This document shows, in pieces, positions 8,143 through 16,484 of a stretch of DNA of 32,000 nucleotides. A program made the position numbers and the translations under genes. This stretch comes from Candidatus Micrarchaeota archaeon (GTDB lineage: Archaea > Micrarchaeota > Micrarchaeia > Micrarchaeales > Micrarchaeaceae): NCBI GenBank assembly GCA_021787495.1, contig JAJYLX010000002.1, positions 21,455 to 53,454 on the forward strand, written 5' to 3'. The notes under the pieces were generated by a model that worked only from the letters and a program-made list of their open reading frames with translations, was not told the DNA's origin and ran no database searches. Within the stretch, counting starts at the first letter, position 1, and the number at the start of each line of letters is the position of its first letter.

Positions 8143-9037
8143 GGGCGTGGCGCTCGCGGTCCTAGCCGCCATAATGAGCGGGATCGCGATACCGGCCAAC
8201 AAATTCTTCATCGTGAACCTCGACGCATCGGTGTTCACTGCAGTCAGGGCCGTCATAATAGGTGCGGTGTTCTTCGCCGTCGCCGAATACGTCGCGAGGA
8301 AGCGCCGCGCGAGTTTCAGGAAGGCGCCATGGTCGTACCTGCTCGCGATAGCCGTGGTGGGCGGTGCGTTCGCGTTCCTGCTCTATTTCACAGGGCTGCA
8401 GCTCACCACTGCCGGGAGGGCCGCTTTCCTCTACCACGGCCTGCTCACGGTCTTCACAGCCATACTGGCATTCACCTTCCTAAGTGAGAAGGTGCCGAGG
8501 AGGATGACATATGCGGTCATAGCGATGTTCGCGGGCACGGCGATCCTCTACCTGTCCCAGGTCCCCGCTTCGCAGTTCTGGGCGAACCCGAACCTCGGCG
8601 ACATGCTCATAATTGCGGCGACATTGCTCTGGTCCATAGAATATATAATCGTGAAGAAGGCGATGGCATTCGGGGAGAACAACTTCGTCATATCGTTCGC
8701 GAGGATGTTCTTCGGGGGGCTGATACTCTTCGGGTTCGTCATAGCGCTGGGCAACACCGGGGCGCTGCTATCACTCTCGATTCAGGATTGGGTGAACATA
8801 CTGCTCTCGACGCTGCTGCTCTTCGGCGACATTCTGTTCTGGTACTGGAGCATAATGTACATCAATGTCTCGAAGGCCACGGCACTCCTGCTCGTGGCCC
8901 CGGTGATCTCGCTGATAGGCGGTGCGCTGCTGCTCGGGGAGCCCGCCCCGCCGCTGCAGATAATAGGCTCGGCAATCATGCTCGTGAGCGCATACGTGCT
9001 CATAGGTGTTAAAAGTGAACGCAGGAAGGAGGCATAA
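8126..9037 (+). CDS. EamA/DMT family transporter
   Basis: The start is taken at ATG 8126, preceded by GAGGAGGAGG. The protein has ten hydrophobic segments and a duplicated EamA-like architecture. The upstream part of track ORF 7961..9037 overlaps the preceding gene and looks non-coding. Confidence 0.75.
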   Translation: MKRETKGVALAVLAAIMSGIAIPANKFFIVNLDASVFTAVRAVIIGAVFFAVAEYVARKRRASFRKAPWSYLLAIAVVGGAFAFLLYFTGLQLTTAGRAAFLYHGLLTVFTAILAFTFLSEKVPRRMTYAVIAMFAGTAILYLSQVPASQFWANPNLGDMLIIAATLLWSIEYIIVKKAMAFGENNFVISFARMFFGGLILFGFVIALGNTGALLSLSIQDWVNILLSTLLLFGDILFWYWSIMYINVSKATALLLVAPVISLIGGALLLGEPAPPLQIIGSAIMLVSAYVLIGVKSERRKEA

Positions 9038-9419
9038 GGTTCTGGTGTTCGGCAACCCGATGCTGAAGGAGGACAGCCTGCCGCTGCGGCTCGTGCCAGG
9101 CCTCGCGAGGATGTTCCCCCATATAGAGTTCATCGAGTTCGACCCTAACGACGACATGGAGAAGGAGGGCAGGAACCTGAACATCATAGACACGGTGCAG
9201 GGCATAGACAAGGTGACGCTGCTTACGGAGAAGGATATAGATAGGCTCGAAGCGCAGAGGATCTGGTCGATGCACGACTTCGACCTCGCGCACAGCCTGA
9301 AGCTCCTCAAGAAGCTACACGCCATCGACACGGTTAGGATATTCGGCGTCCCGATGAGCATGAGGAAGGAAGAGGCGCTCCTCCAGCTCTCTGCGATGAT
9401 CAGCTCCACTTTACCTTGA
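9006..9419 (+). CDS. [NiFe]-hydrogenase maturation endopeptidase (HycI/HybD-like)
   Basis: Residues match the conserved metal-ligand positions: VLVFGNPMLKEDS (cf. GNxLxxDDG), IIDTVQG (cf. iiDA) and SMHDFDL (cf. sxHxxxL). The start codon is uncertain (GTG at 9006 or 9015). Confidence 0.6.
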   Translation: MLKVNAGRRHKVLVFGNPMLKEDSLPLRLVPGLARMFPHIEFIEFDPNDDMEKEGRNLNIIDTVQGIDKVTLLTEKDIDRLEAQRIWSMHDFDLAHSLKLLKKLHAIDTVRIFGVPMSMRKEEALLQLSAMISSTLP

Positions 9420-10698
9420 GGAAATGGCTCGCGCAGCTCATGCACGGGTCGTAGGCCCTTATCAGCTTTTCGATTTCGAACGTTATCCGCTCCTTTGAGG
9501 CGTCGATGTTCTGCTCCACCAGCTCGCCGATCGCCTTCTCCATGGTTATCTGGTTCTGCTGCGTGGGCACTATTATTCGCCCGTAGCCTATCCTGCCCTG
9601 CTTATTGACAGAGAGCATGTAGTATAGGGTCCCCCTCGGGGCCTCGAGCATCCCGACGCCTTCGCCGGCCTTTATCACGACCGGCTCGGGAGTTTCCTCC
9701 TTGAAGTCGTGCGCCTCGAGCAGCTCTATCGAGCGGTCTATGCTGTGCACGACCTCGATCGCCTGCGCGAGGTTGTTGTGGAATATGTTCTTGGACGGGA
9801 AGGCGCCAAGGTACTCCCGCACCGAGTCAAGCGTCGACTTGCACATCCTATCCCTGTTCAGGTTCATCCTCGCCAGCGCGCCGACCATGAACTCCTTGCC
9901 CTCGAAGCTGTAGCCCGTGGCCTCTGAATACGGTATAACGACCTTGTCCACATAGTCCCAGTAGCGCCCCTCTGGTATCACGGCCCCTTTCGTGTCGACG
10001 ACATCGCCTCCCCTGAAAGAGTAATCGTCAGTGAGGAGGGACACGAAGTCCGTATCGCGCTCCAGCTTGAACGTGCTCTTGTAGAATATGCCGACGAACT
10101 CGAGCGCGTGCTCCCTCACGTCCTTCAGCTCGTCTATCAGCTTCTTGACGGCGTCCTTTTCCGGGATATGCGAGAACTTCCCGACCTCGGCGTAGGTCTC
10201 ATGTATCGCCCTGCCCCCAACGACCTTGGAGAGGTTATTGCCGGCGCCCTTCACCTCGAATGCCTTCTTTATCATGTCGTTCTGCGAGTCGTCGAAATCG
10301 AGCACGGAGTCCTTGCCATAGATGTCGGGCAGGCAGAACAGGTAGAGGTGCATCGCATGGTCGCGTATCATCATGCCGTAGAGGGAGAGTTCCCTGAGCA
10401 GCAGCGTCTGGTCGGACGGCGTGTATCCGACAGCGTTCTCAACGGCCTCAGCGCAGCACGTCAGGTGCGCTATGCTGCACGTGCCGCACACCCTCGAGGT
10501 CATGAGCGGGAGCGAGAGCGCGGGCTTGCCCACTATCGCCTCGGTGTAGAACCTCTTGCTCTCCGTTATGCTGAGCTTCGCGTACTTTACCTTCCTATCG
10601 CGTATGCGTATGTCAACGCTCCCATGGCCCTCTATCTTGGTTATGCCCTCGAGGTGTATGTGCCCCTCCGGGCCTATGTCCGTCTCGTCCCTATGCAT
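9400..10698 (-). CDS. [NiFe]-hydrogenase large (catalytic) subunit
   Basis: The N-terminal RVCGTCSIAH and C-terminal DPCMSCASH Ni-Fe ligand motifs are present. A short extension (FLKVKWS) follows the His at the expected protease cleavage site. Confidence 0.9.
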   Translation of the reverse strand: MHRDETDIGPEGHIHLEGITKIEGHGSVDIRIRDRKVKYAKLSITESKRFYTEAIVGKPALSLPLMTSRVCGTCSIAHLTCCAEAVENAVGYTPSDQTLLLRELSLYGMMIRDHAMHLYLFCLPDIYGKDSVLDFDDSQNDMIKKAFEVKGAGNNLSKVVGGRAIHETYAEVGKFSHIPEKDAVKKLIDELKDVREHALEFVGIFYKSTFKLERDTDFVSLLTDDYSFRGGDVVDTKGAVIPEGRYWDYVDKVVIPYSEATGYSFEGKEFMVGALARMNLNRDRMCKSTLDSVREYLGAFPSKNIFHNNLAQAIEVVHSIDRSIELLEAHDFKEETPEPVVIKAGEGVGMLEAPRGTLYYMLSVNKQGRIGYGRIIVPTQQNQITMEKAIGELVEQNIDASKERITFEIEKLIRAYDPCMSCASHFLKVKWS

Positions 10699-11185
10699 TC
10701 ACAACACCAAACTCCTTCAGGCAGCCTTGCAGCGCCGAAAGGAAGATCGGCTCCTCCATCGGGCAGCCCGGTATCTCGCCGTCCACCTTGACCACCTCAC
10801 TCACCTTCCTTACCCTGTCGGCCTGGTCGAATCTCTTTATCAGGAACTGGATCTCGTTCTTCGTCTCCTGGTCGAAATTGTTGCGCTGCGCGGCCGGCAT
10901 GCCCGTCACGGCGCATGCGCCTATCGCTATCAGCTTCTTCGAGTTCTCCCTTATCTCCTTAAGGTAGTTTGCATCCTTGTCGTTGGTTATCGCGCCCTCG
11001 ACGAATGCGACGTCTATGTCGCTGAGAGTGTTGTTCTTCTTCAGGACGCGCGCGTGCCTAAACTCAATCAGTTTCCTCCATTCATCCAAGTGGTCGTTCA
11101 TAAGCTCGATGAAGACCATCGTGCTGTCCTCGCAGCAGGTGAACGAGAACCACCCGACCCTGAGCTTCTTGCCTCCCATATCCAA
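10691..11185 (-). CDS. [NiFe]-hydrogenase small subunit, minimal form with proximal cluster only
   Basis: 164 aa with only four Cys: FTCCEDS, GACAVTG and IPGCPMEEP. This corresponds to the NuoB/HoxY-like proximal [4Fe-4S] domain. It overlaps the large-subunit start by 8 nt. Confidence 0.8.
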   Translation of the reverse strand: MDMGGKKLRVGWFSFTCCEDSTMVFIELMNDHLDEWRKLIEFRHARVLKKNNTLSDIDVAFVEGAITNDKDANYLKEIRENSKKLIAIGACAVTGMPAAQRNNFDQETKNEIQFLIKRFDQADRVRKVSEVVKVDGEIPGCPMEEPIFLSALQGCLKEFGVVNA

Positions 11186-11236
11186 TTATGTGGATTGAAG
11201 GTTTATTAAGTCTGACTCAAAAGCAAAATCGATGGC

Positions 11237-11848
11237 ATGCTCGAGATAGAGACGAAGGTCATAGGCATAGACGTTCCGTCCGTGAGGAAGAGCCTGAAGG
11301 CGAGGAAGGCAAAGTTCCTCGGCAAATTCCTTCTTAAGAGGTACGTATTCAACCTCTCCAACAAGGAGGGAGAGGACAACTACGTGCGCATTCGCACCGA
11401 CGGGAAAAAGGCAACCCTGACATACAAGTTCAGGAAGGGGAAAGGACTCAGGAACACGACGGAGATAGAGACGGGCATAGAGGACTTCGAAAAGGCCGCG
11501 CGGATATTCTCGAGAATCATCAAGGAACGGTACTACCAAGAGAACCTGCGCGAATCGTACCTCTACAAGGGCGCCGCGGTCGATATAAACACATGGCCGG
11601 AGATACCTCCGTACGTGGAAGTGGAGGGCCGGAGCGCGAAGCACGTATACGGCTGCATAAGGGCGCTCGGGATAAAAGGAAAGACAGTCGGCAACATAAG
11701 CGCCGTGCAGCTCTACAGGCTCTACGGCAAGGACCTACATTCAGAGAAGGCCGTCAGGTTCAGGCAGGGCGAACAGTTTCGCCCAAAAGCAGTATATGCT
11801 GATGGTGCAGGCGAAAAGATAATAAACCATCTAGACAAACTGCAATAG
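11237..11848 (+). CDS. CYTH domain protein (CyaB-like class IV adenylyl cyclase / triphosphatase family)
   Basis: An N-terminal EIETK (ExExK) signature is followed by VRIRTDGKKATLTYK, TEIETGIEDF and VEVEG strands typical of the triphosphate tunnel fold. Confidence 0.8.
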   Translation: MLEIETKVIGIDVPSVRKSLKARKAKFLGKFLLKRYVFNLSNKEGEDNYVRIRTDGKKATLTYKFRKGKGLRNTTEIETGIEDFEKAARIFSRIIKERYYQENLRESYLYKGAAVDINTWPEIPPYVEVEGRSAKHVYGCIRALGIKGKTVGNISAVQLYRLYGKDLHSEKAVRFRQGEQFRPKAVYADGAGEKIINHLDKLQ

Positions 11849-11860
11849 GGAGGCGGCCGC

Positions 11861-12634
11861 ATGACGGTAAAAAATTCAGGTCCAGGCACAGTCAGGCTCA
11901 TCTCGCTGAACGTCGCCGGAGGCATGCTCCTCGATAAGCTGGAACAGTTCATAATGGAGGAACGCGGCCGTACCGACGTCTTCTGCTTCCAGGAGGTGGT
12001 CGCGAGGAAGCCGCGCTTCCCTGGCAGGATAAAATTCGACGAAAGGACATATGAGGTCCTCAAATCGGCCCTGAATGGCTTTTCATGCCACTCAACCACA
12101 CCCTACACGGTTAACGACCAGTTCCTAACGATGTTCCTGCGCGACGGGATAAAGATGGCGCGGGCTGGTTCCGTAGTGCTCGTGAAGCCTCGCAGCAAGG
12201 GAGTCAGGTCGTGGGCCAAGATGCAGTACGCGGAGATGTTGGTGGGGGGCGGGCGCGCCGTGGTGGCGCATCTCCACGGCCTGTTCGTCCCGCATGAGGA
12301 CCAGAGGCTGCATTACTCCGACACTCCAGAAAGGATGAGACAGTCGCGCAACGTCATCGCAGCGCTGGACAGGCTCAGACGGCCGGCGGTGCTGTGCGGC
12401 GACTTCAACCTCAAGGGGAACACCAGGAGCATCGCGATGATAGAGGGCAGGATGCTGAACATCACCAAGGAGCGCGGTATAAGGACCACGAGGAACTCGT
12501 TCGCTCTTCCTGGATCGTACAGGCTCACGGATTACGCGTTCGCTTCGCCTGGAGTGGTGGTCTCTGAATTCAGCGTTATAAGCGAGAACGTGTCGGATCA
12601 CCTCCCGCTGCGCTTGGCATTCAGCCTAACGTGA
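11861..12634 (+). CDS. Endonuclease/exonuclease/phosphatase (EEP) family protein
   Basis: EEP catalytic signatures are present: VFCFQEV, LCGDFNL and VSDHLPL. Confidence 0.8.
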   Translation: MTVKNSGPGTVRLISLNVAGGMLLDKLEQFIMEERGRTDVFCFQEVVARKPRFPGRIKFDERTYEVLKSALNGFSCHSTTPYTVNDQFLTMFLRDGIKMARAGSVVLVKPRSKGVRSWAKMQYAEMLVGGGRAVVAHLHGLFVPHEDQRLHYSDTPERMRQSRNVIAALDRLRRPAVLCGDFNLKGNTRSIAMIEGRMLNITKERGIRTTRNSFALPGSYRLTDYAFASPGVVVSEFSVISENVSDHLPLRLAFSLT

Positions 12635-12717
12635 CTCCTGCCGGCCCTCCCGCCCGCAGCCGCGTCCCGATCCCAGCAAAGCGCCAGTTCGCTCTTCAAC
12701 GAACCGTGGTTTACTGC

Positions 12718-12726
12718 CTTTTATAT
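12718..12726 (+). promoter_or_regulatory. TATA-like box upstream of hmgA
   Basis: TTTTTATAT lies about 30 nt upstream of ATG 12755. This favours 12755 as the start (short leader or leaderless) rather than 12731, which would sit only about 5 nt downstream of the box. Confidence 0.45.
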
Positions 12727-12754
12727 CTCCATGAAGATACCAAAACGTGCTAAA

Positions 12755-14062
12755 ATGCCATCAACAAGGTTGGATAAGATCAGGCTGCAGGACGCCCAGA
12801 GGAAGACGCAGGCGCTGGGCCGCATCCAGAGCGGGGAGCTCAAGCTCCACGAGCTTGGCAGGGAATACGGGGAAGAGAGGGCCGCAGCGATCCGGAGGGC
12901 CTACCTGGAAGACAAGTACGGGTGCAGCCTCGTAAACGTCGCAAAAGCCTCGATAATAGACTATGAGGATGCGGCGAAGAGCAGCGCCGAGAACATGATA
13001 GGCGCCATGGGCAGCATACCTATAGGATTCAGTGAGGCCATAGTGGATGGCGAGTATCTCAACACGAGGAAGGAGTCAGCCAAGGCGGGCGCGAAGCCCG
13101 TGTTCCTCGCCACGACGGAGGGCAAGCTCATCTCAGGTATAAATCGCGGCATGAAAGCCATAAACGAAAGCGGAGGCGCGACAGCCCGCGTGCTCCGCGA
13201 TCATATGACGAGGAGCGTCGCCATAGAGCTGTCGGGCATAACGCAGGTGAAGGCAGCCATTGACCTCGCAAGGAGCCCTGCAGGGAACAAGACGATAGAA
13301 GAGGAGTTCTACAACAATACCAACCACGGGAGGCTGAAGCACGTGCAGTACTTCGCGGAAGGCAAGACGCTGTTCATGAGATACGACGTAGAGACGAAGG
13401 CGGCGATGGGCATGAACATGGTGACGATAGCGTCCAACAACGCGACAGCCGAGCTCGTCAAGCTGATGAATGCCAACGGCCTCCCCGCGGAAATCATCAC
13501 AGAGAGCGCTAACTTCTGCATAGACAAGAAAGGAGGGCACGTCAACAGGCTGCTCGGCAGAGGCCTCTCGGTGACCGCGGAAGCGGTCATACCAAAGGAC
13601 GTCGTCGAAAAAGTGCTCAAGACCACACCGGAGAAGATAGTCAAGATAAACTACAAAAAGAATTACGTCGGATCTAGCCTTGCCGGGTCGATGGGCAACA
13701 ACGCACAGGTGGCGAACGTCCTCGCTGCGACATTCATCGCCTACGGCCAGGACCTCGCACAGGTGGTCGACGGTGCTAACGCGATGGACGACGCCGACAT
13801 AACAGACAGCGGTTCCCTTTACTTCGCGGTCAACCTGCCCTCATTGGAGGTGGGGACATATGGTGGCGGCACGAGGAGGGAGGTGCAGAAGGAGCTCCTC
13901 AAGGCAAGCGGCGTCTACGGCGGCGGCGATGAGGATGGGGTGACGAAGATGCGGTTTGCGGAGCTGATAGCCGCGACCTGCCTCGCGGGGGAGCTGAACC
14001 TGCTTGCGGCGGAAACGAGCGGCCACCTCACGAAAGCGCATGGCTCGCTGCTCAGGAAATGA
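12755..14062 (+). CDS. hmgA: HMG-CoA reductase, class I
   Basis: Motifs present: ENMIGAMGSIPIGF, ATTEGKLISGINRGMKAIN (class I TTEGCLVAS-like), AAMGMNMV (DAMGxN) and C-terminal GHLTKAH. The track ORF starts at 12731. Confidence 0.9.
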   Translation: MPSTRLDKIRLQDAQRKTQALGRIQSGELKLHELGREYGEERAAAIRRAYLEDKYGCSLVNVAKASIIDYEDAAKSSAENMIGAMGSIPIGFSEAIVDGEYLNTRKESAKAGAKPVFLATTEGKLISGINRGMKAINESGGATARVLRDHMTRSVAIELSGITQVKAAIDLARSPAGNKTIEEEFYNNTNHGRLKHVQYFAEGKTLFMRYDVETKAAMGMNMVTIASNNATAELVKLMNANGLPAEIITESANFCIDKKGGHVNRLLGRGLSVTAEAVIPKDVVEKVLKTTPEKIVKINYKKNYVGSSLAGSMGNNAQVANVLAATFIAYGQDLAQVVDGANAMDDADITDSGSLYFAVNLPSLEVGTYGGGTRREVQKELLKASGVYGGGDEDGVTKMRFAELIAATCLAGELNLLAAETSGHLTKAHGSLLRK

Positions 14063-14101
14063 GCCGTGCGAGGCGAGGCCGCCAAGGCAAGCCCAAAAAG
14101 G

Positions 14102-14112
14102 CTTATAAATTT
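14102..14112 (+). promoter_or_regulatory. Strong TATA/BRE-like box in the hmgA-mvk spacer
   Basis: CCCAAAAAGG-CTTATAAATTT lies about 180 nt upstream of the mvk start, which implies either a long leader or a separate short transcript. Confidence 0.4.
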
Positions 14113-14288
14113 GGGAAAGCGAACACACTATAAAATAACCGGCGCATTCCGATGGCGATGGCATCGCAGAACCTGGCAAAGGTCGCGGTCTTTGTTCCAT
14201 ATTGGGCTACCATTGGCGCTATTGGGCCGTCCGCGCTTGCGTGGGTAGGGATTCCCGCGGCATCGCGCACGCCTGGATGGGTGGCCAT

Positions 14289-15341
14289 ATGGACGTGAGA
14301 GCGCCTGCCGTGATAAAGCTGTTCGGCGAACACGCCGTGGTGTACGGGAAGACCGCAGTGGCCATGGCCGTGGACCTGTACGCCGGGGCATCCGCCGAAG
14401 GCGCAGGACGGCTGTCGATAGCGCTGCCGGATATCGGCAAGAGCGCAACCCTACCAGATGAAGATCTCCACCGCATCTACGGCGCTTTCTCTTCCAGGGA
14501 AAGCATAGGCGGGTTCATATCCGGGCAGGGCATGGACCGCGACCTGCTCCCCTTCGCCTCCATAGCGGCGGCCCTCTCATCGCGGCATGGGGCAAGGCTT
14601 GATTATGAGGTTACGGTCACATCCGACATCCCTGTGCAGAAGGGCCTGGCAAGCAGCGCGGCGTGCTCGACCGCGTTCCTTGCGGCGCTCGTGAAGGCAA
14701 AAGGCCTGAGCCTGCCGGACGGGGAGTTCATGGAGCTGGCGAGGATCGGCGAGATGGTGCAGCATGCCAACGAGAACAGCGGGTTCATAGACGTGAGCAC
14801 CTCATATTACGGTGGCTTTGTCAGCTTCTCTGCGGGCTCGGCGAGGAGGCAGCGCGTGCCAAAGCCGCTCAGTCTCCTGCTTGTCGATACCGGACCGAAG
14901 AAGAAGACGTCAGAGATGGTGGAGGCGGTAAGGAGCAGATACGAATCCGATCCCGTGCAGACCATCGCCATCCTGGATGAGATAGATTCGTGCGGCATAA
15001 AGGGGATTGAAGCCCTCGGGAGCGATTCGCCGGACAGGCTGGAGAAGCTGGGGAGCCTGATGTACGACAATCAGGAAAGCCTTGCGCGGCTCGGAGTGTC
15101 AAGCGGTTCCTTGGATACAGCAGTTCGCCTGGCAAGGGTAGGGGGGGCATACGGAGCCAAGCTCAGCGGAGGCGGAGGTGGCGGCATGGCAGTGATACTC
15201 CCGAGGGGCAATCCCGACCCGCTCAAGAAGGCACTGGAGGGGAGCGGTTTCCACGTGAGCGAGATAACCACTTCGTTCTCCGGAGCAAGGGACTTCATGC
15301 AAAGTGGCGCGAAGCCGGCGGCCACCGGCTGTCCCACATAA
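14289..15341 (+). CDS. mvk: Mevalonate kinase
   Basis: MDVRAPAVIKLFGEHAVVYG matches the N-terminal APGKxILFGEHAVV pattern. The GHMP motif PVQKGLASSAACSTAF and KLSGGGGGG are present. The track ORF begins upstream at 14202 in non-conserved sequence. Confidence 0.9.
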   Translation: MDVRAPAVIKLFGEHAVVYGKTAVAMAVDLYAGASAEGAGRLSIALPDIGKSATLPDEDLHRIYGAFSSRESIGGFISGQGMDRDLLPFASIAAALSSRHGARLDYEVTVTSDIPVQKGLASSAACSTAFLAALVKAKGLSLPDGEFMELARIGEMVQHANENSGFIDVSTSYYGGFVSFSAGSARRQRVPKPLSLLLVDTGPKKKTSEMVEAVRSRYESDPVQTIAILDEIDSCGIKGIEALGSDSPDRLEKLGSLMYDNQESLARLGVSSGSLDTAVRLARVGGAYGAKLSGGGGGGMAVILPRGNPDPLKKALEGSGFHVSEITTSFSGARDFMQSGAKPAATGCPT

Positions 15342-15353
15342 GCTGCTGCAACG

Positions 15354-15366
15354 CCTATAAATTTTA
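15354..15366 (+). promoter_or_regulatory. TATA-like box upstream of the decarboxylase gene
   Basis: CCTATAAATTTTA is centred about 30 nt upstream of ATG 15392. Confidence 0.45.
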
Positions 15367-15391
15367 GCATCGAAACGAACCTGGTGGTTGG

Positions 15392-16447
15392 ATGGCAACA
15401 TGGCGAGAAAACCTGACAACCGCGTTGGCAACGCCGAACATCGCACTCATAAAGTACTGGGGCAAGAGAGACAGAAGGCTGATACTGCCTGCGAACTCGT
15501 CGGTGAGCATCACACTGGACGCGGCGCTCAATACCAGGACGAGCGTGATGTTCTCAGATGGGCTGAAGGAGGATGCGCTCTACATAAACGGCGAGCGCAT
15601 CAACCTGTCAGGCAAGGATGCGATCGAGCATGTAACACCAATCGATATCCTTAGGAAAATGGCCGGGGTAAAGGCAAAATTCCTTGCCGTCTCGAGGAAC
15701 TCGTTTCCGACGGCAGGCGGCCTCGCCTCGAGCGCCTCGGGCATAGCCGCGCTGGTCTTCGCGGCATCGCATTCGCTCGGCCTTGAGATAACTGGCAAGG
15801 ATCTCTCGATGATCGCCAGGAGGGGGAGCGGGAGTTCGTGCAGGAGCATGGTCGGCGGGTTCGTCAAATGGAACAGGGGCAGCTCATCCGACGGCAGCGA
15901 TTCGTTCGCGGAGCAGGTCGCCCCCCCGGGCCACTGGCCCGGCATCATGGACATCGTGGCGGTAGTTTCCAGGGAAAGGAAAAAGACGCCGTCGCGCGCC
16001 GGCATGGAGCAGACCGTCGAAAGCAGCATACTCTACAAGGGCAGGATGGAATACGTGGAAGGCGCGGTCGCCGAAATGGTCAAGTCCATCATCGATAAGA
16101 ATTTCGAGCGCCTCGCCGCGATAACGATGCGGGACAGCAACAACATGCACGCCACAATGCTCGACACATGGCCACCGATATTCTACATGAACGATGCCTC
16201 CCGCGAGATTGTCGACAGGATAAACGAGCTCAATTCAACGGAAGGGCGCAATGTTGCAGCATATACATTCGACGCGGGCCCGAACGCCCACATAATAACG
16301 CTCCGGCAAGACAGGTCCCTGGTGATTGGAGCCCTGCATGACATCGGGGGCATGAGCCTCATAGAGGCGGGGGTCGGCGGCGGCCCGAGGCTGGCGGAGG
16401 AGCACCTGATAGACGCGTCGACGATGACGCCCCTTCCGCAAGATTGA
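15392..16447 (+). CDS. mvaD: Diphosphomevalonate decarboxylase (MVD family)
   Basis: PNIALIKYWGKRD and FPTAGGLASSASG are present, along with the conserved SGSSCRS and RDSNNMHAT regions. Confidence 0.85.
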   Translation: MATWRENLTTALATPNIALIKYWGKRDRRLILPANSSVSITLDAALNTRTSVMFSDGLKEDALYINGERINLSGKDAIEHVTPIDILRKMAGVKAKFLAVSRNSFPTAGGLASSASGIAALVFAASHSLGLEITGKDLSMIARRGSGSSCRSMVGGFVKWNRGSSSDGSDSFAEQVAPPGHWPGIMDIVAVVSRERKKTPSRAGMEQTVESSILYKGRMEYVEGAVAEMVKSIIDKNFERLAAITMRDSNNMHATMLDTWPPIFYMNDASREIVDRINELNSTEGRNVAAYTFDAGPNAHIITLRQDRSLVIGALHDIGGMSLIEAGVGGGPRLAEEHLIDASTMTPLPQD

Positions 16448-16484
16448 ACCTGGACGGCAGCGCTGACGGAGCGGGGCTTGAGCC

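Noticed and set aside
14130-14288. tRNA-like or small-ORF content in the hmgA-mvk spacer, including the upstream part of track ORF 14202..15341.
   Set aside because: No cloverleaf could be built. The N-terminal 29 codons of the track ORF are Trp/Arg-rich and non-conserved, and the mevalonate kinase consensus begins at the Met at 14289.
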